DNA of 64,000 nucleotides from Octopus sinensis (lineage: Eukaryota), in NCBI RefSeq assembly GCF_006345805.1, contig NC_042997.1:78492001-78556000 (forward strand). The letters run 5' to 3'. Below are positions 35,615 to 47,239 of the stretch, one piece after another. A model generated the notes under the pieces. It was not told the DNA's origin. It saw nothing but the letters and a program-made list of their open reading frames with translations, and searched no databases. The number at the start of each line of letters is the position of its first letter. The stretch's first letter is position 1. The position numbers and the translations under genes are program-made.

Positions 35615-36828
35615 AGGTTGGTTAAAATTTTCGAAATATAGGCTTAAGCATTATTTTCGATGATGATATAACTAAAGCCAACACATTTGGGATATTATCC
35701 TTAACTTATATAATGATTCATATTTCTCATACCATAAACTCTCAACTAATCTAAAATTTATTACCTCTTTCAGTAATTATTACAAGGAATTTAATTAGAA
35801 ATATTTCACTTAGACTCTATAGATTATCTGCTAGCGATGATATTTTCAACCATAAAGCTGAATTTTATAACTCTGCCTTACTTAAAGCAAACTATAAAGA
35901 AAAAATTACCTATATTAACCCTCTTGCCATTAATTCTACCTCTATTAATCAGGACATGAAAACACGTCATAGCAGTAATAATATAAATTTCATTTCGAAT
36001 AACAACACTAAAGCGAAAAATGTAATTTTGCAGCGTAAATGGATAACCGTTCTTTAAGTCTCATTTTTCGTGATATAAGTAAATTTAGGACTTTTAAAGA
36101 TAATTACCCTAGTTATATCCTAATAAAACTGTTCGGCTGATAATTCCATATGGTAAGCAGATCAAATCCAGCTTCTCTTATCAGATTCCTGAAGCTATAG
36201 AAAAGAATTTCCCCAAAAATTCAAGATACTAATCGAATATTAATTCACACCGAATTAGAATAGAGCTTTCTAGCGCCAAAAACCTTTCACAAATCATCTC
36301 GTCGCATAACGATAAGTTATTAAATACAAATCCACTTAATGAAAATAATAACATTGATATTATTTACACTAACCATTCTTTGAACAATAATAGCAACAAC
36401 ATTATTATTTCTGATATAAATTCGAATCGCATTCGTTTCCTTAGCAGTAATTCTAAGACTAGAAACTCTGTTTATCAATGTAAAATTACTTTCGGTTCTG
36501 ATGTCTTTTTTACATAGGTAGTTCTTCATCTCAGTTGTCCAAAAGAATATCTAGCCATTACTCGACATTTAGACATATTAATATACGCAACAATACTGGG
36601 CTTAGTAAATTAATTTGGTCTCTAAAGGATGATAATAAACAATTTGATTTGGAATGGAATATTCTATCTAGATCCTTTCCATACGATAAAGGTAAATCTT
36701 TTTGTGCGCTCTGTAACGAAGAACAATATCTCATTCTGTTCTCGGAGAATTCTCTTGTAAACACGTTTAAAGAACGTGTTTATCGTGGCAAACATTGGCA
36801 AAAACATACCTTTAATTCCTATAAGTAA
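35615..36828 (+). mobile_element. PLE 3' part: RT thumb plus GIY-YIG
   Basis: ORF 36535..36828 KRISSHYSTF..NTGLSKLIWSLK..LEWNIL..CALCNEE; upstream FYIGSSSS; LSIIFDDDITKA. Confidence 0.85.
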
Positions 36829-37109
36829 TTTCTACCAATCTATAAAATTCAACCTTTAACTGTCTTCTTACATTTCATTTTCACTACATATATCTAATAC
36901 CAAGCTTTTAAGCTTCATTCCCATTCATCTATCACACTATATTTCTCCACTCTTAATTTTCTGTTAATTTCTTTCTTTCTCCTTGTTCTCTTTCTCTAAA
37001 TTACCTTTGACGTTTTTTAAAAAGAATAACGTACCAGTGTTCCTTTCATCATATATGTGGTAATCACATTAGGTTAAAATGGCTTATTGATGCGTTTTGT
37101 TTCTTTTTT

Positions 37110-37795
37110 TTCGTAACGAGATGTTTGCATTGTTTTACATCATTTTATTCCTTCCGGAATACTATCAATGTTTCTTCGAAACGTATGTCGGAAGTATAAA
37201 GATTTGAATAACACCTGCGTTTAACCCCATTTCTTTATTTATCTATGTTATACAAAAACATTTCACTTAACCCTAGAATGTCTACCTTTATAAGTAGACT
37301 GTAACATCCTTCGCACTTATGTGAATTTTTGCTACCTTGGTAACTGTTTATTTATTTTTCCTTGTTATTTATACACATTGAAAAAATACACATACATTTA
37401 TATGTGTATGTGTATATATATATGGTGGTTGTCTACTCCTTATACAGAGTTTGACCACCTCCTATACATACACCTCAGCACCATCATGGTGTCTGATGTG
37501 GCTTTTTAAACCAGACAATTGTTTTACATCATTTTATTCCTTCTGGAATAATATCAATGTTTTCTTCGAAGCATATGTCGGTAGTATAAAGATTTGAATA
37601 TCACCTGCGTTTAACTCCATATATTTATCTATCTATGTGATACAAAAACATTTTACCAAAACCTGGAATTTCTGCCTTTATAAGTAGGCTGTTACATCCT
37701 TGGTACTTGTGAGAATTTTCGCTTCCCTGGTAACTATTTATTTATTATTTCCTTGTTATTTGTAAACATTGAAAAAATACACATACATTTATATA
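37110..37795 (+). repeat. Tandem ~270-bp duplication (pseudo-LTR-like) downstream of the GIY-YIG
   Basis: About 37110-37390 and 37518-37795 are about 80% alike; both carry CTTC-GAAAC/GAAGC-(G/A)TAT-GTC-GG(A/T)AG. Confidence 0.75.
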
Positions 37796-37899
37796 CACTT
37801 CAACCAGGCTTCCATATAACCTGCTCATAAAATAGTTACTACACATGGAGTTATTTGATATAAACGCATCTATTAAGAATATACCCATTACCCTAAGGA

Positions 37900-39147
37900 A
37901 GGTTTTCCTTAAGCAACTCATTAGTAAGACAAACTCCTTTATTAGTAAGACAAACTCCTTTATTAGTAAGACAAACTCCTTTATTATGACTTGCCTTCTT
38001 CGATAATAAAGACATTAAACACCCCTCTAACGATCTAACTTCTGAATTCAAAAAGTTGTTTAAATCTAAAACCAATCCTCCACCTAACCCAAGATTGAGT
38101 CAGTTTGAAGACGATCTCTGGTCTATCGTGAGAAATGTGAAATTCCACCGTTCACCCTTAAACATAAACATCTGAGGTATCTTCACAATATCACGAAAGA
38201 AATTCAAAGCATGAATTGGATACTGGTTCAATCGGATAAAACAGGAAACTTATACAGACTTACCAAGGATTATTATCTAGAATCGCTTAGAAAAGAAACA
38301 CAAAAGAATTATAGGATTACCGGTAAAAGTGCAATCAAAAAATCCAACCTTGAGGCAAAGAAAATTATGGAGAAATATGACTTACAGATGAATACTGAAC
38401 CCCTTGATCCCAAACAGCCTCGTTTTATTTTAAAAGATCACAAACAATTTTTTTTTAATAACCCAGCCTTACGACTTATTTGTCTTTCTAGCTCTGATAT
38501 CGGTGTACTTAGCGAAAATATTCTAGATAAATATATTCCTACCTTAGTTTAAAAAATAAATAAAGCTTAATTTATGATCTAATTCGTTGCAAGTGGTCGA
38601 CTGGTTTAATTCTATTAATAACAAGAAGTGAACTAAGTTTATCCAGTTTGACATTTCTAGTTTCTATTCCTCTAACAACCCAATTGTACTCAACAAGGCA
38701 CTCTGGCTCGCACACAACAAAGCAGGTCTCACCAGCGATGAAATTAATGCCGTGTTAGCCGCCAGAAAATCTATTATTAAATTTGATAACAAGCTGTGGA
38801 TCCGTAATGATATGCCCGACAGTTTTGATGTCACGATGGGCAGTTCTGATTCAGCAGAAATCGTTAATTTGGTCGGTATATATATCCTTTATGAGATGGC
38901 TGACCAATTCCCAAACATCAATGGAGGTCTATATCGTGATGATTGTCTACTCTACCTTCAAAATGTGTCTAACCAAAAATTACAAAGGGTTAAACGTTTT
39001 TGAAACATGGGCTTAAGCATTGTTTTTGATGATGATATAACTAAAGCCAACTTTTTGGATATTACCCTTAACTTACATACTGATTCATATTTCCCATACC
39101 ATAAACCCTCAACTAATTTCAAATATATCAGCTCTTTCAGTAATCAC
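37900..39147 (+). mobile_element. PLE reverse transcriptase pseudogene
   Basis: VQSDKTGNLY, PRFILKDHK..NNPALRLI..SDIG.LS..ILDK, FIQFDISSFYS, FDVTMGSSDSAEI..LVGIYIL, GGLYRDDCL, ANFLDITLNL; 21-bp x3 tandem at 37920-37982. Confidence 0.88.
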
Positions 39148-39244
39148 TTGTTGTTGTCTGGTTACATTTTTTACAAACAAGGAGTCCTCACTGGATTCAG
39201 GATGTTGGCCTGCTTGCGGTTCAGCAATATTGTTCACATTTTTT

Positions 39245-39470
39245 TTTATTTTTTACTTGTTTCAGTCATTTGACTGCGGCCATGCTGGAGCACCGCCTTT
39301 TAGAGTGGTGAAAGAGTACAGCAGGGATCACCACCATCCCCTGCCGGAGCCTCGTGGAGCTTTTAGGTGTTTTCGCTCAATAAACACACACAACGCCCGG
39401 TCTGGGAATCGAAACCGCGATCCTCCGACCGCAAGTCCGCTGCCCTAACCACTGGGCCATTGCGCCTCCA
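39245..39470 (-). mobile_element. tRNA-derived SINE (composite)
   Basis: Minus-strand head GGCGCAATGGCCCAGTGGTTAGGGC..GGTTTCGATTCCC. Confidence 0.7.
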
Positions 39471-39974
39471 CATTAAGTGAAATTATTTTTTCTCATTGTG
39501 AGAAGTACAGTTTGGGGGCGTATCCTTCAACCAAAAGTTGTTCACTTTATTTATATATTAGTGTATGTTGTAAAAACATACACTAGTATGTTTTTACAAC
39601 ATCCCGCCTTGGTATTGAATGAGGCGTGAGTGATGGCGGAATATACGGGTACAAGCGATGTTGAGGAGGAATAGTGACAAGAGGTTGAAAAGCCTCAGTG
39701 TTACAATGTTTATTGTATAATGTTTAATGTTTATTGCATGTTATTGTGTTTAAGAGGCTTAACACCCCAATTCAAAAATTGTAAAACTGAAATAAGAGGT
39801 TCATTACCTCGTTTTGTCTTTTTCTGTGAAAAAAAAAGAAGAGAAAAGCAAATCGGCGGGCGCTTTTTATCTTCTCTCATTATTATCATTCTTTTCATCA
39901 TTCACCTCATCAATGTCTTTATCCAGCCCGCATGCTACTCTGTATCATGCCTTTATGGCAAAATTTTTTTAATA

Positions 39975-40097
39975 AAGTAGCTTGCTTACCAACCACATGG
40001 TTCCGGTTTCCGTCCCACTGCGTGGCACCTTGGGCAAGTGTCTTCCACTATACCCTCGGGCCGACCAAAGCCTTTTGAAACTGAAAGAAGCCCGTCG

Positions 40098-40163
<66 letters not shown>

Positions 40164-40352
40164 TCCCCCCAACATCGCTTGACAACCGATGCTGGTGTGT
40201 TTACGTCCCCGTAACTTAGTAGTTCGGCAAAAGAGACCGATAGAATAAGTACTAGGCTAACAAAGAATAAGTCCTGGGGTCGATTTGTTCGACTAAAGGC
40301 GGTGCTCCAGCATGGCCGCAGTCAAATTACTGAAACAAGGAAAGGAATAAAA
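39975..40352 (+). mobile_element. SINE (family of 20077-20482)
   Basis: GCTTGCTTACCAACCACATGGTTCCGG..CACCTTGGGCAAGTG..tail GGCGGTGCTCCAGCATGGCCGCAGTC. Confidence 0.8.
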
Positions 40353-40363
40353 GAGTATATATG

Positions 40364-40468
<105 letters not shown>

Positions 40469-41382
40469 TATATATATATATAGTTGAAATTTATAGAAAA
40501 ACAAAACAAGAATTTAATGGCATGAAAACATACGAAATCATTGCTCGGAATAATCTTGAAAAAGCATAAACTATTAGATGCATATTTCAATAGAAAAAAA
40601 TAATATTTTATCTTAATGACCTACTAGTAAGTATACTACTTTTGGTGAGTATTATTACATGAAACTATTGTAAACGCGGTAACTATGCTCATAAAGAAAC
40701 ATTAAATTAGCAGCTGCAAGCGAGCAGTTTTAAATTAAGTATGGTGAGGTTAACAGAGTGTGGTGGTGGTAGTGGTAGTGGTGGTAATTGAAATTGACTT
40801 GCTGCAACTTTCCCCTGAATTGTAAAGCTGAGTAACGAGGTCAAGTTCCCATATAACTAATTGCATACAGTATACCTAGAGCATCTGCACCTTATTTTTC
40901 GTTGATGTTTTCTACGCTTTTTAGTAAGGAAGTTATTTTATTACAAGGTACTCTACATAGCGCTTCCATGCCTTAATAGTTGAAGCTTGCACAGAGGATG
41001 TAACATTTATAAATATTTCCGGAAGATGATCCGTTACAGTTTTCCTTGGTGATTTAACGCGTCAGTCGAGCTGTGTCTCCTATCAAACGTGAAGTCTGAG
41101 ATCTGGAGTGCAGTCTGATATTCATAGTTTTCCATAGTTTTGTAACAAACTTAGAAATCAATAATTATTAAAGTTTTCAAATTAACTAATGAATTATTGG
41201 AAACTACATTACAAAGACATAAACAATTTTTAGTATTTAGATTCGCGTGAGTTCTAATGCCTTATACACTGGATTTACTTACCTATTAGCTTTCATCGTC
41301 GATAAGATCCATATTAAGTATGTACGCAGATGATTAACTGATTACACTACAAGTCTATTAACTTGTGTTAGTGCCATCATTA

Positions 41383-41930
41383 CTAATTTCAAATTTTGGC
41401 ACAAGGCTAGTAAGTTCGGAGAGGAGTAAGTCGATTATATCGACCCCAGTGTTCAGCTGGTTCTTATTTTATCGACTGCGAAAGGATGGAAAGCAAAGTC
41501 GACCTTGGTTGGATGTGAAATCAGGACGTAAAGACGGGCGAAATACCACTAAGCATTTTTTCCGGCGTGCTAACGCCTTCAGTGCCGTCATTATTATTCT
41601 TTTCTAAGGCGATGAGCTGGCAGAATCGTTAGCAAGCCGGACAAAATGCTTAGGGGTATTTCGCCGGTCGCTACATTCTGAATTCAAATTCCGCCGAGAT
41701 CGACTTTGCTTTCCATCCTTTCGGGGTCGATAAATTAAGTACTAGTTGCGTACTGGGGTTGATCTCATCGACCGGCCCCCTCCCCCAAAACATCGGGCTC
41801 TGTGCCTAGAGTAGAAAAAATTATTATTCTTTTCTACTCTAGGCACAAGGCCCGAATTTTTTTGTGAGGGGGCAACTGGTACTTAATTTATCGATCTCAA
41901 AAGGAATTTGAACGACAGACGAAGTGTCGT
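41383..41930. mobile_element. Cluster of SINE fragments (second family, also at 44350-44500 and 62695-62909)
   Basis: Repeated GGCACAAGGC..GTCGATTATATCGACCCCAG..TCATCCTTTCGGGGTCGATAA motifs in both orientations. Confidence 0.7.
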
Positions 41931-42771
41931 CATTATTATTACCATAATTATTGTTTAGTTCTATTTCAGATTAAAGCAAATAAAGTATATAAAATTCCAG
42001 AAAAAGTTATATTGGCCTACAGTCCACAATCTTAGATAAACTACGCAACTATTAATTCTCTGTGGTCACTTAAGCCATAAAAATAACAACCAAATCACTC
42101 TCAAATCATTCCAAATTGTCTTTAAAATAAAGGAAAAGCATTAGTTACCGTAGACCCTGAATGCATTTCTATCGCAAAAAATAAAAGACTAGTTTGTCAC
42201 ATTTTAGAACACCTATAAGCATAGTGTTTACTCTTTAAGGGCTGATCTGGGGTGGAACAACAACAAGGAAGCCTTTGGAATCAAAGGACGAAGAAAAAGG
42301 ATTATGCATACATAAATAAACTGTCCATTTTTTGTGATAGTGAGAGAAACGGTCAATGTTTTGAAAACTAACGTAGAGTCCTGTTATAACAAATGAAATA
42401 TCATGAAATATAGAAAATATATCACCAGCAAATTATTTTCGTAAATTGATCAAATTAAGATCTTTTTGTCTGCGTGGAATTGCAAACTATAAAGTTTCTG
42501 CCTGTGGTGTTATATTTAGAGAATTTGCAAAATGAAATATCGATACAATTTTTAACGCTGTTTTATGTTTTATTTTTTTAAAGTCAGTTGCACTAGTTAC
42601 ATCTATGACGATTCTCCATGCTTTTCTGGTAAACGGCTAATCATTTTTGAAGAGACTGTAATAAAATTTAGTGTCTCGCGACATTTTTCCTCGGGCAGTG
42701 TTTCTATATATAATTTATAGTAATTCGATGTAAAGTAAATTCAACCTCCCTTTTTTCATTTTTTACACTCT

Positions 42772-42816
<45 letters not shown>

Positions 42817-45075
42817 CTGTCTCTCTCTCTCAATCTAATTATCTTCCTGTCAGTCTGTCTGTCTATCTATATACCTATCTATCTCACTATTTATGTACCT
42901 ATCTATCTATTTGTCTATATCCCTCTCACTCTCTTGTCTTGATCCATTGTAGTTTAAAAACAAAACATGGAATCTTAAAGTGTTTTGTTGAAATCAGAGC
43001 ATTATTATGAATCGATGTTAAATACTATATATGTAGTGAGAAAAGAGATTCCAAAATTTTACTTCATGCGTAGATGTTAATGCTTAAAAAAATTAGTTTC
43101 CTTTGCTTACGTTGAAAATTATTTTAGATCAGATTAAAACTGTATTATGTCTACTGTTATCAGACTCAAAACATTGAGTTTTCTTTGCAGTTTGCTTATT
43201 ACTAGTTCTATGCTAGCTCCGATAAGTACGTGACGGATTTCAAGAAAGAAGAAAACCGCTTCCACCACAATATTATTCTTCAACAAAACTGTCTGTGGTA
43301 AGTAAATGTGTTTTAAATAAAGAACATATAAATATGTTTTCTTCTAGTCAATTAATTAGTTACACTGAAGTAACGTGTATTATATAAACATTTCTTTATT
43401 GAGGCAGAATCAGTTGTTTATATCTTGTTCTTACATAAACGGTTTTGTACCTAAGAAGATAGCAATAGTAAATGTTAAAGTATATCAGAAAATAAGATGA
43501 CTTCCTGTTGATTACTCTTTTCTTTCCCCCTCTGCCCTTCCTCAATTTCTTTGTACCTGAGTCAATCTATGTATTTATTTTTCTCTTTTGTTTGTGTGGA
43601 GGAATTTGAACTGTTGTCCCTTTATTTACCATTTGAGTTTATATATCTGAAAGTAGAAACTTTTGATTTTGGTGCATCATTTAGTTACTAATTGGCTGGT
43701 TTACCTTTTTATTTTATATTTGGAATTTATCAGCTCAGCATCAACACGATGTATCAAAAGCAGATACCTTAAAGTATTGGTTAGGCATTGCAGGATATTT
43801 ACAGTAGTAAGTGTTCTATTCAGGCCTTTCTCGTCAATTTTCTATTTGTATTTGTACCCGAGTTTTAACCCACAAATTAATTCTTTGAATTAGTCAAAGA
43901 AATCAACACTTTTAAAAAGCAGGATGTATTCGATTTGGTTGATTGCTGCACATTATTAACAATATGGTACTGAATGTGGGTGAATCTAAAGTAAAATCAT
44001 TCTGAGAGAATTGAGTTAGCAATCGTAGCGAAAAAATAGTACTCATAAGCCACTCATTAAAGACTAAACGTTTCTGTCAATTTGTTGCTTTCAAAACTTG
44101 CTTTGTATCCTTGAACAAGCAATAACAGAAAGTAATCTAGATTTCCGTATCTGAAAAATAAATAACAAACCCGCTTTACTATAAAGCTGAAGGTGATAGG
44201 AAATTATATACGGCCGTGAAACAAACTGAAGAAGAAAAGGACATATCATTTACTTGGCTTGAAGTTGGTCCTAGACAGCTAAATTAAACAGCATTGGGGG
44301 ATAGGTGCTTCATTGAAACATACTTTCAGCTACACGTCTACATATACCCTGATACGCCGACTTTGCCTTTCATCCTTTCGGGGTCGATAAATAAAGTACC
44401 AGTTTCGCACTGGGGTCGATGTAATCGACTTAATCCCTTTGTCTGTCCGTGTTTGTCCCCTCTATGTTTAGCCCCTTGAGGGCAATAAAGAAATATATAA
44501 ACATACTGTAATCGTTTTCTCATATCCCACCCTTAAGAAGATCGGGAAACAAAAGGTCATGGCAAACTTCCGAAAACAAAGCAACGCAACATCTTCGTAA
44601 AAACTAAAACATTGACCGGTTTCCATCCTACGAATACGATTTTGTTAAGGTTGGTTGTTACGTCAAGACATCAAGATTGTTGTTGAAAGACTGTTTTAGT
44701 ATCAAAGTATTTATTACTTAGGATGATATTATCCGCTTGGCATTTTAAGTAAAAGAGTGCCGTATTAAAATCAGCATACAGATTAACACTAAGCCTAAAA
44801 TTATATGCATGTATGAATGTGTATATTTATATTTGTATATGTGTGTATCTTTAGTGAAACATTTTTTCTTACGTATCTGATAAATATTTAGTGAATACAT
44901 GGTTATAAATAACGGTAAATTTTCAATTTTTGTATATCTATCAACCTTTTCATATCCACGTAGCTAATTACCTGTTTATTTGTTTGTCTATCTATCTATC
45001 TATCTAACTATCTATCTGTACACAGACAGACAAACAGACAGACATACAGAGAGAGGGACAGACAGACAGACAGAC

Positions 45076-45183
<108 letters not shown>

Positions 45184-45549
45184 TCCCGTGATATTTTTAT
45201 CATGCATATATTCTTTTACGTTATTTTATGTATTTATTTTCCGCTTACAGCTATGACAATAACGAACTCCTAAAGTTTGTAGCCGACAGAAAAAAATTAT
45301 AATATAACCATAAATGCCTAACATTTTTTTTTTTTTTTTTTTTGTCAATTGAATTAACCAATCACGGCTGCGGCTCGAATATTAAAACAAATCATTTTGA
45401 TATTTTATATTCCAATTCTTGAAACTTAAATGTTGAATTCAAAACATTTTTTTGAACATGCTTTTAATTTGTTACAATACACCTCCTTGTCGATATAATT
45501 ATAATCACTGATTTTTATGAAATTAATAAATACTCCTTCAGTTTATAGT

Positions 45550-46050
45550 TCATTATAGCCATGTATTCTTTCTTTTTTTTAAATTCTTCCACAGTTTCTT
45601 GTAACATTTTCTAAGGTTTTTTTTTTCCTGTAAATCTCACGCAACTAACAAAATGCAATTCTTTAGTGCACGAACCATTGCCCTCTGGAACTCAATTACT
45701 TTCTGTTAATTGTTTTTCTAAAGAAATATAATAAGAGTACAAAATTCTTGGCATTGTCACCATAGCTATCAAAAATCAAACTCCCTTTTCCAGCATCATT
45801 CACTTTTTAGTCAATTGAAATTTTGCGAGTTCTTTCTCTTGCACCTGTTGAGAGCATTAAATGATTTTATTTTCGACATTAAATGATTTTATTTTCGTGA
45901 CGGTTAAAATTTCAATTGATTCAAACTTATTTTCGGTTCTAGCATGATAATCTGCATTTAATTATCTTTTCCATGAAGTAGGTGCCATTGAGAAATGTTC
46001 CAGTGTCCATTTTAACACCACCAAAGAATTCATTTCAAGGACATGAAAAC
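45550..46050 (-). mobile_element. Possible hAT-like transposase C-terminal remnant
   Basis: Heavily decayed minus-strand peptides (..PTSWK.., ..VNDAGKG..) recall the ND.AERG motif; 22-bp tandem duplication at about 45857-45900. Confidence 0.25.
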
Positions 46051-46389
46051 AAATAACAATATCTTCAGACGTTGAGAATAACAAAATAACGAAATACTAT
46101 TACTTTGTTCTTGTATTTGGTTTGCAAGATTCTTGATTTGAATTAGTACCTTGAAACATCTTGTTGTGTCCTGGAAAGGTCATTATGCCAATGATAATAA
46201 ACACACGCACTGGTTCAGTATCACTTCTTATTCTTAGTCAATAGGTTAAATATCTAACCAACTCACAAACTAATCAAATGTTGGTTAAACATTCAATCGG
46301 TTATTTGTCTGTTAAAGTCCTTTTGTTGCTATTCGTGACCTTATCAATGACATTTCCTAATGCAGATCTTGAAAGGCAGAGGACATGTC

Positions 46390-47230
46390 ATTGTAAGAAT
46401 GAGGTGAAATGACACAGTCGGTAATATGATAAAAATTGGTGGGAACACAAATCACCTCCAGTGCTTGAAGATGACCACATCTCACTCCTCTGGAACTTTA
46501 CTGTTCAAACTGACAGGAAAATAGATGCAAATGGGTCAGACATTATATTAAAGGATTTCAGACAAGACTCACACCTCCTCATTGATATGATTGTCCCAAT
46601 CAACATAAATGTATCTGTCAAGACCTACCAAAATCTGAGTAAGTATAAATATCTTGAAATAGAAATTGGCAAAATGTGGAACTTCAAGATTAAAACAATA
46701 CCTGTTGTCATAGGTGCCCAAGGAATGATAGCAAAGGGGGCTGATTCCTACTTAGCTCAGATACCAGGAAATCAAGAAGTCATGATCCAACACAACAATG
46801 AAATAATTAACGGCGAGAATGAAGCTATAGCTGATCATGGTGAAGGTTTCCCGCCCGGGACGTCCGAAACCGCCAGCATCAGGGGCAGTGATCTGGCCTC
46901 CGACGGTCGATATGTTACAACAGATCACATACACGTGTGCGCAAAAACAGACATAAGTGGATGAAGGAAGAGTACGATACACTTATTGAATGTCATGAAA
47001 GATCAAAGCTAGAAAGAAGCTGCGGAGTAAGCTGACGTACCTTGACATTTTGGATGGAAAAGGACATGTGTCCAATGTCAGAAAATAAACTAATGAACCA
47101 AGTGAGAGTGATTAGGAGGAAGCGTTACTTAACTGGAGTAGAAATATCTTGGATTAGTGAGAGCGGGTGACGGTGTACAAGAGCAACTCCGTAAATCCTT
47201 AGATCCCCAAGTTCGGGCTATCTTCCTGGA
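46390..47230 (+). mobile_element. Non-LTR retrotransposon remnant with a restriction-like endonuclease (R4/Dong/NeSL-like)
   Basis: LLWNFTVQTDRKIDANGSDII..LLIDM.VP...KYK.LEIEI..MW...IPVVIGA.G; then N-terminal-type peptides RHKWMKEEYDTLIECHERS and KLMNQVRVIRRKRYLT. Confidence 0.7.
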
Positions 47231-47239
47231 ACCGGATGT

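Noticed and set aside
37150-37195. Hammerhead in the tandem PLE terminal repeats
   Set aside because: Only the GAAAC-GTAT-GTC half is visible; no CUGANGA in either copy
37920-37982. CRISPR-like or regulatory array (21 bp x3; also 11-bp repeats at 21176-21243)
   Set aside because: Direct tandem copies with no spacers, in a eukaryotic retroelement context; simple slippage duplications
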